In this document: in pieces, positions 54,201 through 62,760 of the stretch
How the letters are laid out: each line of letters starts with the position of its first letter
Numbering within the stretch: position 1 is the first letter of the stretch
DNA from: Octopus sinensis
Taxonomy: Eukaryota
Length of the DNA stretch: 64,000 nt
Direction: 5' to 3'
Assembly (NCBI RefSeq): GCF_006345805.1
Contig: NC_042997.1
Span: 129,394,001 to 129,458,000 of the forward strand
Program-made: the position numbers and the translations under genes
Notes under the pieces: model-generated
Seen by the model: the letters and a program-made list of their open reading frames with translations, nothing else
Databases searched by the model: none
What the model was told of the DNA's origin: nothing

Positions 54201-57200
54201 CAACGTAAAAGACAAACTCATTGCATTTTCCTTTAAATATAATGTTGATGTAAATTCTGAATCATCTGCTGGGACAAGGAAGTGTATGAATGTCACAAAG
54301 GATATCTTGGGGAGGCACATGGCCTAGTGGTTAGAGCAGCAGACTTGCGGTCGAGGGATCGTGAGTTTGATCCTCAGACCGAGCGATGTGCATGTTTATG
54401 AGCGAAACACCTAAGCTCTGTGCGGCTCCGGCAGAAGGTAATGGCGAACTTCTGCTGACTCTTTCACCACAACTTTCTCTCACTCTTTCCTCCTGCATCT
54501 TGCAGCTCACCTGCGACGGACTGGCATCCTGTCCAGGTGGGGAACCTATACGCCAAGGAAACCGGACCTTATGAGCCAGGCGTGGTTCAAGAAGGAACAA
54601 ACAACAAAATGATGTAATGAGTTATCTATCAATAATCCTGAGGTAACAATGTCCACAGTGGAGAAATTCGGTTCTACTGCCAAACTAACTAGACATACGG
54701 GTATTGAGAACGTCAAAGAAAGTGACAAGTGGTTATTATGATTTAGATGTTGCTATGGAATGGGTAACAAAGTGACCCATGGCGAGTCAGGGAGTGCATT
54801 AAGGAAATCAAACCATTCAGGAACATGCTAAATAATGTAATTAAATATGAAGGGTACTAATCTCTCAAAGTAGAAGTGTGATGAAACTGGATTATATTGA
54901 AGTTGGCTACCTTGGAATAACTAAGCTCTTAAGAATAAAAACTCCACACCTGAACATCAATGAAATAAGGAATGCTTTTGTGGTATGGTGTTGCATGAAT
55001 GCAGACAGTCTGTACTATCTACAATTAGTGGCAAGAAAGGGGTAAATCAGCATATCCATGTTATCATTCCAAAAATTGAGGTTGAAGATGCAAATCTTTA
55101 ATGACTGGTTTTTCTTGCACTTCCCTGCATGTGTGAATACCAGAAAGTTTTCCTCAAACTTTCTGTTAATGAGATGAAGGCACTACTAATTTCGGACATT
55201 GCACCTACTCAGCAGATGGTCATCAAATTCTCTGTAAAGCTGGTGAAATATAATGTATGTTCTTACCACCCAATGTTATTGCCACAATCCAGTCAATGAA
55301 TCAAGGAATAATTGTAGTCTGTGATAGACAAAAATATTAAGATGAAGTTCTTGTTATCATCTTTATTTAACATCAGTCTTGTTGTCAAGCAGTAGTAGGG
55401 GACAAACACATACATAGATATACACACACATACATATATATCTTTTATCTTTTACTTGTTTCAGTCATTAGACTGCAGCCATGCTGGAGCACTGCCTTGA
55501 ATTTTTCGTCTAATGAATAGAGCTCAGTACTTATTTTTTAAGTGTGGTACTTATTCTATCAGTCTTTTGCCGAACTGCTAAGTTACAGGGACATAAACAC
55601 ACCAACACCAGTTCTCAAGTAGTAAGGTGGGGAACAAACACACATAGATATATATACATATACTAGCAGTATAGCCCGGCGTTGCTCGGGTTTGTCTTTT
55701 AGGTGCGCTTAAAATGGCAGACTTTGATGTCGCGTTAATAAAGTTTTGACATAGTTTCAATCTTTCTTGAAAAGTAAAAATTTTGCATTATGTAGCTTGT
55801 TATTCTCTTTAAGTGAACATTTTTCTGGTTGAAATACACCGAAAACTGGCAACACAGCAGTCTAAAAATCGTAAAAAATAGGGATTTTCATAGAAAAAAA
55901 CCCCACCTTTTTGATGTATATAATTTTTGGTTTTAACATGGTTCGATTTGAATCTTTTCTTCTATGGAACAAAGAGCAAGCCTTCTTCTATCATACTCTC
56001 AATTTTGGTCAACTTGCGCTGCAGGGTCTCAGAGGAGATAGTGTTAGTTGAAGGCTACCAAACCTGACACACACACACAGACAACTTCAGCTTTATATGT
56101 ATAGATATATGACGAGCATCTTTCAGCTTCTGTCTGCCAAATCCACTCACACAGCTTTGGTTGGCCTGAGGCTTGGAAGAAGACACTCCCCCAAGGTGCA
56201 GTAAGACACACACATAGAAACCATGCCATAAGAGACCACTGGAGTCTGGACAGCTCCTGTCAAACAATCCAACCTACGCCAGCATGGAAAACAGACATTA
56301 AATAATGATATACATACACACACACAACAGGTTTCTTTCAGTTTCCATCTACCAAATTCAGTCTCAAGTCTTTGGTTAGCCTGGGGCTATAGCTGAAGAC
56401 ACTTGCTCAAGGTGCCTCAAAGTGGGACAGAACCTGGAACCATGCAGTAAGTAAACTTCTTACCACAGCCATGCACGCACCTAAAATGTATCAGAATCTA
56501 CTCAGACTTGAACTCTGATTGCTGGATTTGTAATATACAAATATATCAATTAACTCAGACAACCGGCTAAAATGAACACCCTTTTCCTTATCAGTATAGT
56601 TAGAGGAGGGTTTACTGCATGTGTGGGTGTGTGTGTGTGTACCTTCCAGAATACTTTTCCTAGTTTTGGAACTTGAAAATTTTTTTTCAATTACTCATTA
56701 TTCTCAGCATTCATTGGTCTAGGGAGTGGAATAGGAATCCCTAGAGAATCATTATATATATATATAAAATCATCATCATTTAACGTCCATTTTCTATGCT
56801 AGAATGTGTTGGATGGTTTGACCGGGGTCTGGGAAGCCAGGAGGCTGCACCAGGCTCCAGTCTGATCTGGTAGTATTTCTACAGCTGGATGCCCTTCCTA
56901 ACGCCAACCACTCTGTGAGTGTAGTGGGTGGTTTTTACATGCCACCGGCTCGGAAGCCACTCAAGGCGGTGTTGGCATATATATATATATATAAACATTA
57001 TGGATGTGTGTATGATGAAGATGATGACTTATTGCCCAAGAAAAAATCCCTTGCTAATATCATTTTGTACATTAACTTGTCAATAGAAAGTGATGAAGCA
57101 ACAGTGGAAACTTCACATACACAAATTGCAAAAATGAAAAAAAAATGTATTTTCTATTCCTAAAATAGTAAAATAAGCTATAGCATGGAACCAATAAAGA

Positions 57201-60175
57201 TTAGAAAAAATAAAATATGCATTATGCATTGGATGTGAGAAATATCAAAGGTATGGTCATGTGGATAATAAGTTCACTTTGCAGCTACACATTTTCAAGC
57301 TGGATCAGAGTGACACCTTGGCAGGTGCTTTCCACTAGAGCCTTGAGTGGATCAAAACCTTATGAAACTAGTTAAATCGAAACTGTGCAGAAGCTTGTCA
57401 TTTTTTTGTTCCTTCTTGAACCATGCCTGTCATTTTTTGTTCCTTCTCGAACCATGCCTGGCTCATAAGGGCCTGTTTCCCGGTTTCTGTGGCGTATAGG
57501 TTCCCCACCTGGACGGGACGCTGGTCCATCACAGGTGAGCTGCAAGATGCAGGAGGAAAGAGTGAGAGAAAGTTGTGGCAAAGGAGTCAGCAGAAGTTCG
57601 CCATTACCTTCTGCCAGAGCAGCATGGAGCTTAGGTATTTCGCTCATAAACACACACATCGCCCAGTCTGAGATTTGAAACCGCGATCCCCCGACCGTGA
57701 GTCCGCTGCTCTAACCATTAGGCCATGTGCCTCCACAGAAGCCTGTCAGAGAGACTACAACTGTTCTTGGATGGTGGACTAAATCTGTCATCTGATTTAA
57801 CATCACAATTTTGCCCTTTGATGATTCTAGTAGTGTACACACTATTGCAAGCATTGAAACTAGGTCTCAGTCTGACATCTTCACACCAATCACAGAGTCT
57901 GAAAAGGAACATAGGTATTGCCATTCCTCCTTTGGCTTAAGCTATGGAAAAAAACAAAGAGAAAGTATTTAAAATGAGTGAGAAGTAGAAACAGTTGTAT
58001 GTTGATAGTGATGTGTATGGATGCTCCAATCAGGCTTAACCGAACAGATCAATGACTGATTAAAGATGTTTTAGTTATGGTTGTTCTTTCATCATCATCA
58101 TTGTTTAACGTCTGCTTTCCATGCTAGCATGGGTTGGACGATTTGACTGAGGACTGGCAAACCAGATGGCTGCACAAGGCTCCAATCTTGATCTGGCAGA
58201 GTTTCTACAGCTGGATGCCCTTCCTAATGCCAACCACTCCGAGAGTGTAGTGGGTGCTTTTACGTGCCAGTCAAGTGGTACTAGCAATGGCCATGCTCAA
58301 ATGGCGCTTTTTATGTGCCACCTGCACAAGAGCCAGTCCAGTGGCACCGGCAACGACCTTGCTCAAATGTTTTTTCACATGCTACCAGCACAAGTGCCAG
58401 TAAGGCGACGCAGGTAACAATCATGCTCCAATGGTTTCTTTTTTTTTTTTCATGTGGCAAGAGAGGACTGAAGGAGTTTGGTTTTTATTTCTAGAAGTTC
58501 CATTGTTGCTTCTGCTATTGTATGGAGAATAATTAGGTGGAATGAGGATTGGAAGTTGAAAGAAATAAGAATCCGATCCCACAGAAGAAAGAAGACAACA
58601 TCATTGGAAATAGAATGTGTTCATATTCGGTTTTTATCAACAAGATGATAGATGAGTCATTTTATGTGGAGCAATTACAGATGATACAATACTTGTTGAT
58701 CGGCTACTTTACCATACATTTACTGTAGAGTGGCCACTAACAAATGATAGAATACTATGGGAGTACTCAGTTACAAGTGATAAATTACTGAACACTCACT
58801 GTAAAGTGGCCAGTTACAGACAATAAATTACCCAACACACTATCAAGAGCCCAGTTACAGAATATAAAAAAACTATACACTTATTGTGAGTTGGTCACTT
58901 ACAGGTAATAAATTACTAAAGAAATACTCTGCAGAGTGGCCACTTACAAGTAATAAATTTACATTTGACGGATATTTGTCCTCATCTTGTTTGTTGTTAA
59001 CACAACGTTTCGGCTGATATACCCTCCAGACTTCATCAGGTGTGTTGTGGAAATTTCGAACCTGGGTTCTCATTCCTAAGGTATTTTTCGATGTTAGGAA
59101 TGAGAACCCAGGTTCGAAATTTCCCCAAGACACCCGATGAAGGCTAGAGGGTATATCAGCCGAAACGTTGTGTTAACAACAAACAGGATATGGACAAATA
59201 GAACTGAAGCAATAAATTCTACACACTTTTGTGGTGATCACGTTTATATATATAAATATATATGTGTGTGTGTGTGGAGAGAGAGAATGATATTGTTAAA
59301 TATATATATATAGGCATAAGATAAAGTTAATCCTGTTGTGAAGTTGATTGTACAATATAGTAACAAGTGTGAAAATATGACCATCAGTTTCTATAAATAC
59401 AATGGATCAACAAATATTGAATTTCTATTTTAGTGAATGATGAATCAAAGTTTCAGTTTTCTGTGATAAATTTCCAAAACCTGTTCAGTTATGTGATAGA
59501 AACCTGTCTCTTTACGTTATGGACTGATAATAAAGAAGACAAATGAAGTTGAACGACAAAATCAAGCCGAAATTTCTGGAGGAATCAAAACTACACGAAG
59601 AATGAGAAAATATCAAAAGAATTGAATTCAATTATTTATCTAAAAACAAATGTTTGAAAAATATCGTTGATTTCTAAAATATCAATATACAGAAATCAAG
59701 CTGCAATTAAAACAAAAATTTATTTAATCCTAACAGAGCAGACCTATGATCAAAGACATTTCAGCCGTGACCACACCATCTCGTTTTCAGACAGTGTATC
59801 CCGGACCAAGTTATCTGAATGTGGGCGCCTTTTATCTTAATGCGGTGGAGTCGGTAACTTGGAAGGCTATTTTATAATATTTACAAGGTTGAACGATCAC
59901 AGAAAAGTCGGCTCGTTTAGGTATTTAAGAGATGGTTAAATAAAAAAAAAACATGCAACTATGAAGACAATTCTGAAACGATAATGTCACAGAAAAATGG
60001 ACGAAACTAGGAAGAGGAAAGTAAGAGTTTAGGAATGCCAGGAAAATAACTGGGTACTTGTATCAATAGAATATTGAACTTACCCTGATTTGCAGGAGCT
60101 ATCAAGAACAGTATTAATATCTGGACAACAATTAAAGTCCCGAGCACAAGAAACACGTGCAACCGAGTTGGCCAT
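27778..60175 (-). CDS. PRMT5: Protein arginine N-methyltransferase 5 (type II), complete, 17 coding exons, 630 aa: complement(join(60084-60175,48066-48184,45727-45812,44850-44981,43752-43864,42652-42865,41098-41187,39775-39846,38382-38459,37627-37685,37345-37467,37040-37215,35030-35139,31504-31597,29147-29263,28389-28453,27778-27930))
   Basis: Hand-spliced ORF of 1893 nt with all introns GT-AG and compatible phases. Conserved motifs: TYEVFEKDP (Phe specifying symmetric dimethylation), [10 protein letters not shown] (SAM motif I), [28 protein letters not shown] (double-E loop), [21 protein letters not shown] and C-terminal [12 protein letters not shown]. Confidence 0.97.
28389..28453 (-). CDS. 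PRMT5: PRMT5 exon 16 ([21 protein letters not shown])
   Basis: THS.GMFSWFP loop; acceptor tttctacag, donor gtattg. Confidence 0.96.
29147..29263 (-). CDS. PRMT5: PRMT5 exon 15 ([39 protein letters not shown])
   Basis: HGFAGYF motif; acceptor tttctag, donor gtaagt. Confidence 0.96.
29318..29750 (+). mobile_element. SINE family A, full length, in PRMT5 intron 14, 55 nt from the exon 15 acceptor
   Basis: Complete head (TAGGCGTAGGAGTGGCTGTGTGG...GGTTCAATCCC) through to the tail (GAAACAAGTAAAAGAG). Confidence 0.88.
30806..31013. repeat. Fold-back element with subterminal ~31-bp tandem repeats
   Basis: Left (GGTAAGTTCACTGTCATCAATTTACTGCAA)x~3; the right end carries about 2 inverted units ending CAGTGAACTTACC. 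Confidence 0.7.
31504..31597 (-). CDS. PRMT5: PRMT5 exon 14 ([32 protein letters not shown])
   Basis: [11 protein letters not shown] motif; acceptor tttcag, donor gtaagt. Confidence 0.96.
32596..32721. mobile_element. hAT-type MITE with a 7/8 TSD
   Basis: CGGTCATGGGCCACC / GGTTGCCCATGTCTG termini; flanks ATATAAAG and TTATAAAG. Confidence 0.75.
33146..33350 (+). mobile_element. RTE-tail repeat ending in (GAT)n; representative of a dozen or more copies (e.g. 9060-9415, 18285-18610, 48280-48600, 52210-52390, 56760-56970, 58090-58440, 62290-62520)
   Basis: GTGGCACGTAAAAAGCACCC...GGAAGGGCATCCAGCTGTAGAAAC...CCAACCCATGCTAGCATGGA...GACGTTAAACGATGATGATG. It appears to truncate a piggyBac MITE end. 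Confidence 0.8.
35030..35139 (-). CDS. PRMT5: PRMT5 exon 13 ([36 protein letters not shown])
   Basis: Acceptor tttctag, donor gttcgt; matches [26 protein letters not shown]. Confidence 0.95.
35690..36520. repeat. Degenerate AT-rich minisatellites (~20-22 bp units) in PRMT5 intron 12
   Basis: GGTATTTATACAGTGA-type and TATATAGAAATAATGTGATA-type units; the latter resume after the Helitron at 36912-37010. Confidence 0.6.
36524..36911 (+). mobile_element. Non-autonomous Helitron, family 1 copy A (388 bp)
   Basis: A|TCTCTATATA...; subterminal hairpin CCCGAGCAACACCGGG (36884-36899), then ...CTAG end. Confidence 0.82.
37040..37215 (-). CDS. PRMT5: PRMT5 exon 12 ([13 protein letters not shown]...[26 protein letters not shown])
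   Basis: Double-E loop; acceptor ttctccag, donor gtaatc. Confidence 0.97.
37345..37467 (-). CDS. PRMT5: PRMT5 exon 11 ([41 protein letters not shown])
   Basis: SAM-binding motif I; acceptor ttgcag, donor gtaagt. Confidence 0.97.
37627..37685 (-). CDS. PRMT5: PRMT5 exon 10 ([20 protein letters not shown])
   Basis: Acceptor tttcgtag, donor gtaagt; matches AIYKCLLDRVPEEEKDT. Confidence 0.95.
38382..38459 (-). CDS. PRMT5: PRMT5 exon 9 ([26 protein letters not shown])
   Basis: Acceptor ttttcag, donor gtaaga; contains the specificity Phe. Confidence 0.96.
39775..39846 (-). CDS. PRMT5: PRMT5 exon 8 ([24 protein letters not shown])
   Basis: Acceptor ttttacag, donor gtaagc; [13 protein letters not shown] motif. 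Confidence 0.96.
40507..40877 (+). mobile_element. Non-autonomous Helitron, family 2 (371 bp), PRMT5 intron 7
   Basis: A|TCTCTATAGATATAAACGGCAAAATGTCTGTG... GACCTGGCGTTGCTGGGTC hairpin ...CTAG|T. Confidence 0.82.
41098..41187 (-). CDS. PRMT5: PRMT5 exon 7 ([30 protein letters not shown])
   Basis: Acceptor atttgcag, donor gtgtgt; matches LEVQFIITG...SYLQYLEYLSQ. Confidence 0.93.
41295..41650 (-). mobile_element. SINE family A (PRMT5 intron 6)
   Basis: Full head and tail with a small internal deletion. Confidence 0.85.
42320..42640 (+). mobile_element. SINE family A (PRMT5 intron 6), inverted relative to 41295-41650
   Basis: Diverged copy ending about 10 nt from the exon 6 donor. Confidence 0.75.
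42652..42865 (-). CDS. PRMT5: PRMT5 exon 6 ([15 protein letters not shown]...[23 protein letters not shown])
   Basis: Acceptor tttttag, donor gtactt; RWLSEPIKA and [12 protein letters not shown] motifs. Confidence 0.96.
43752..43864 (-). CDS. PRMT5: PRMT5 exon 5 ([38 protein letters not shown])
   Basis: Acceptor cttccag, donor gtaggt; matches FWMRVPLVAPE...TWMWW. Confidence 0.93.
44850..44981 (-). CDS. PRMT5: PRMT5 exon 4 ([19 protein letters not shown]...[10 protein letters not shown])
   Basis: Acceptor tttccag, donor gtaagt; 44 codons. Confidence 0.93.
45727..45812 (-). CDS. PRMT5: PRMT5 exon 3 ([29 protein letters not shown])
   Basis: Acceptor attgtag, donor gttagt; SPW..DS...IRRNSE motif. 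Confidence 0.93.
46632..46967 (-). mobile_element. tRNA-derived SINE family C (CORE-like centre) nested in a family B SINE, 11-bp TSD
   Basis: Head TGGCTTAGTGGTTAGGGCATTCGGCTCATGATC...GAGTTCGATTCCC; TSD ACCCAGAACAT at 46621-46631 and 46968-46978. The host SINE halves lie at about 46490-46620 and 46979-47045. Confidence 0.85.
47385..47706 (-). mobile_element. tRNA-derived SINE family D (V/Meta-like domain)
   Basis: Head TGGCCCAGTGGCTAGGGCAGC...GGTTTCGATTCCC; core GCTGTGATGGACTGGCATCCCGTCCAG; (TAAA)n tail. Confidence 0.8.
48066..48184 (-). CDS. PRMT5: PRMT5 exon 2 ([39 protein letters not shown])
   Basis: Acceptor cttccag, donor gtaag; matches FDFLCMPVFHPRFKREF...TRSDL. Confidence 0.95.
48690..49075 (-). 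mobile_element. RTE LINE C-terminal fragment
   Basis: [15 protein letters not shown]...GRPRKT*NEVV...[13 protein letters not shown]. Confidence 0.75.
53155..53532 (-). mobile_element. SINE family A
   Basis: Near-consensus full-length copy. Confidence 0.87.
54311..54608 (+). mobile_element. SINE family D
   Basis: Same head and core (CACCTGCGACGGACTGGCATCCTGTCCAGG) as 47385 and 57397. Confidence 0.8.
55440..56200 (-). mobile_element. SINE family A split by a Helitron insertion
   Basis: 3' half at 55440-55662 and 5' half at 56106-56200, interrupted within its (TA)n core. Confidence 0.75.
55663..56105 (-). mobile_element. Non-autonomous Helitron, family 1 copy B (443 bp)
   Basis: On the minus strand: A|TCTATAC...GCTGAAGTTGTC...CCCGAGCAACGCCGGG...CTAG|T, the canonical A-T target with no TSD. 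Confidence 0.88.
57397..57735 (-). mobile_element. SINE family D with a tandemly duplicated 3' end
   Basis: Consensus body; the last ~31 nt are repeated twice. Confidence 0.8.
58725..58962. repeat. Degenerate ~44-bp tandem array abutting the fold-back element
   Basis: Repeated GAGTGGCCACTTACAAGTAATAAATTAC-like units (~6). Confidence 0.65.
58999..59044 (-). ncRNA. Minimal type-I hammerhead ribozyme motif (intact core)
   Basis: Minus strand CACAC-CTGATGA-A-GTCTG-gagggtatat-CAGCC-GAAACGTT-GTGTT: CUGAUGA and GAAA cores, stem II with one mismatch, palindromic AACGTT stem III, stem I ACAC/GTGT. Confidence 0.65.
59129..59174 (+). ncRNA. Minimal type-I hammerhead ribozyme motif (core variant CCGAUGA)
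   Basis: GACAC-CCGATGA-A-GGCT-agagggtatatc-AGCC-GAAACGTT-GTGTT; U4->C change in the core. Confidence 0.55.
60084..60175 (-). CDS. PRMT5: PRMT5 coding exon 1 ([31 protein letters not shown])
   Basis: ATG at 60175 in ccttcatcATGG context; donor GG|gtaagt; resembles the human RVSSGRDLNCVPEI segment. Confidence 0.9.
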
Positions 60176-60320
60176 GATGAAGGTGGAACAAAAGTTGAGG
60201 AGGGACTAAATGTGTCAGTGAGTTAAGAGATCCGGGCACTTTGTCCTCAACACCACCATATAGAGAGGGATAGACACACGCGCTCGGGGCAGACCTTGTT
60301 GGCGCTTAGTACTTTTTAAT
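60176..60320 (-). promoter_or_regulatory. Probable PRMT5 5' UTR / core promoter
   Basis: Locally GC/CpG-richer unique sequence immediately upstream of the ATG. The TSS cannot be determined from sequence. Confidence 0.45.
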
Positions 60321-62519
60321 ATCTTGTAATTTTATTTAAGAGCCTCATCATACATTATCCAATGCTAAATTTATCAGACGTTATTAGCTATATTTCTATA
60401 TCCTACATTATAGTGTCTATAATTCGTTTTCCTCGCTTCTGTCGTTTTTCCTCATCGCAATTAAGAATAATTTATAGAACATTATATAACTTCAAATTTT
60501 AGTGTGTACTTCCTTATTAATATTTTAACCCTTTTGTTACCAAAAAGTCCGAAACTTATCTAGCTATTTATATTTGAATGGCAATATCAATGTAAATCTC
60601 GTTTCTGCGTTAATAATAACACGTGAATTCAACAGATAGAACATTTTTGCATGTTGAATATTCTGTTTGGAGTTTTTTTTAGGTTTTTCGAATTCCCCAA
60701 CATTTTCTCCCGATTATATAAACTTCAAATTTAGTAATAACGACTCTGAATTTGAATGACTTTCAATATATTATGATCGAACGTAATATCAACTTTTTGT
60801 CCGAACTTGTATTTGATTGATATTTTCTAACCCTTCTTACTACTGTTGCTCTTGTCTTATTCAACTAAACTAATTCCAGCGAAGATTTCTCTCAACGATA
60901 AAAATGTCATTCTGTCGAGAAATTTGATACCAACTAAAGAAGCAGCCAGGAATCCTTGGCAAGGAATTTAGGCAGGAAGAGAATGTTTATTATTTTCTTC
61001 CTGTAACCCTAAATTTAGAAAAGTTCTAAAAGCTGTAAAAAAAAAAGTAAATAATTAAAAATTTATTGTAGAATTACTGCCAAGTTCTTAAAACTTTATA
61101 TTACGATCCGAATTCACTAAAATTTTCTAACTGTAAAATTAAAAAAAATCTTTTATAGATTTTAAAAGATCTGGCTTCTGAAAATTATGATGATATAGGG
61201 AGTTTACAATGTGTGTGGTACCATGTATAGTGCAATGTATTTTAAGTTCAGAGGCTTATCTGGCTGTCCCCCCCCCCAAAAAAAAACAGTGGCCTCATAC
61301 CTATGCAAAAAATATCCTCTCTTCTGTTATGTACCAAATATCATTGTCTTGCCTATTCCCATTTTATGGTTCTTGTACTTTGATAGCTTTTCAACTTCCT
61401 GGAGGTGTTTTGAGATTGATGCCTATCAAAGCACATAGTTTTTCCTTTTTGTTCTTGGTTATATTTGGAAGATTTGTTTTTTTGGAAATGTCCACCTCGT
61501 TATTGCTAGTAAAGGACTAGGATGGTATCTTAGATACATATTAGGATTGTATGGGAGCGTCTATTTGAAGAGAGATCTAAAAGCCTTGTAAACCTGCTCA
61601 GGAGTTATAAATTGTCTGACAGGTATCCACTAAATTTTCTGAAAGTGCCAATGTAAACATAGATAAATCAGACTGGGTCATCCAGATTAAATCTGGATTA
61701 ATAGTGTTTGTTAGTTAAGCAGCTAAAGATAATATAACAAGTCCACAATTTTGGCAAGGTAAAATTTTGGTTGTTAATGAGGACACATGAACAGCCTATT
61801 CCAAGATTTTCAATTCTGAGCCTAAAGATAATCTTAAGAAATTCCTGGTCTGGCAGCACCGCTGGGGTACATTGCCAGTTTGGGATAAACTCTACTAGCA
61901 TAGTGGCACCATTAGCTGAGTGAGTCTGAGATGCATGTGGGCTGCTGATATTATCCTGCATATATCTATTTGGAGTTATGCTTCAAAATAAATTATGCAA
62001 AAGGAAATCTAGCTATCAGCCAAATTCATTGAGGTGCCTTTCCATCTTTGATTAGTTTCATCTGTGGAAGAGATTATAGACTGAACAAGAATTGAAGAAA
62101 GACACTTTAATTAATTTCTTCAAATTTCACTTGTAGAGGAAGAGAATTTACTGTAAGGTGGATACGATAGTTTGAAGTAATACAACAGCAAATTTTCTTA
62201 GAAAATTTTTGAAGCTACTGGTTTGAAAATGAGCAATAATAGAAGATAGAAAAAATAAAATGGGTTTCAAATTGTAACATTAATAAAAACTCATCATCAT
62301 TTAACGTCTGCTTTCCATGCTGGCATGAGTTGGACAGTTTGAGTGAAAACAATTAAGCTGGGGAGCTGCACCAGGTTCCAATCTGATTTCACTTGGTTTC
62401 TATGGCTGGATGCCCTTCCTAATGCCAACCCCTCCAAGAGTGTAGTGGGTGCTTTTTATGTGCCACTGACATGACATCAGCCATGACTATGATCTCTCTT
62501 GGTTTGACAGGTCTACACA

Positions 62520-62760
62520 AGCATGGCATATTGCAAAAGGCCTCAGTCACTTGTCATTGTCACCACATCTCATGTCTTTCTGGATCTACCTCTTCCACAG
62601 GTTCCCTCCACTGTTAGAGTGTGGCACTTCTTTACACTGCTGTCCTTGTTCATACACATCACTGATATTACACATCCAGCGAAGCATACAAGCCTACACA
62701 TATCCTCTGCAGCCACAGCCCATGTTTCACTGCTGTGCAGCATGGCTGTTCGCACAAGGT
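62520..62760 (-). mobile_element. RTE LINE C-terminal fragment
   Basis: VRTAMLHSSETWAV.AEDMCRL...TVEGTCGRGRSRKT. Confidence 0.75.

Larger units (their letters stand above)
58973..59200. mobile_element. Fold-back (107-bp arms, 14-nt loop) of a Penelope-like pseudo-LTR segment
   Basis: 58973-59079 is the reverse complement of 59094-59200 with 8 mismatches by hand count. Confidence 0.85.

Noticed and set aside
58725-58962. CRISPR-like array (also 30806-30890 and 35690-36520)
   Set aside because: Units are degenerate with no unique spacers, the context is a eukaryotic intron, and there are no cas genes.
61500-62280. Possible exons of a gene divergent from PRMT5 (ORF 61698-61961 and others)
   Set aside because: All frames are interrupted by stops, with no recognisable domain or convincing splice pair; possibly a decayed element.
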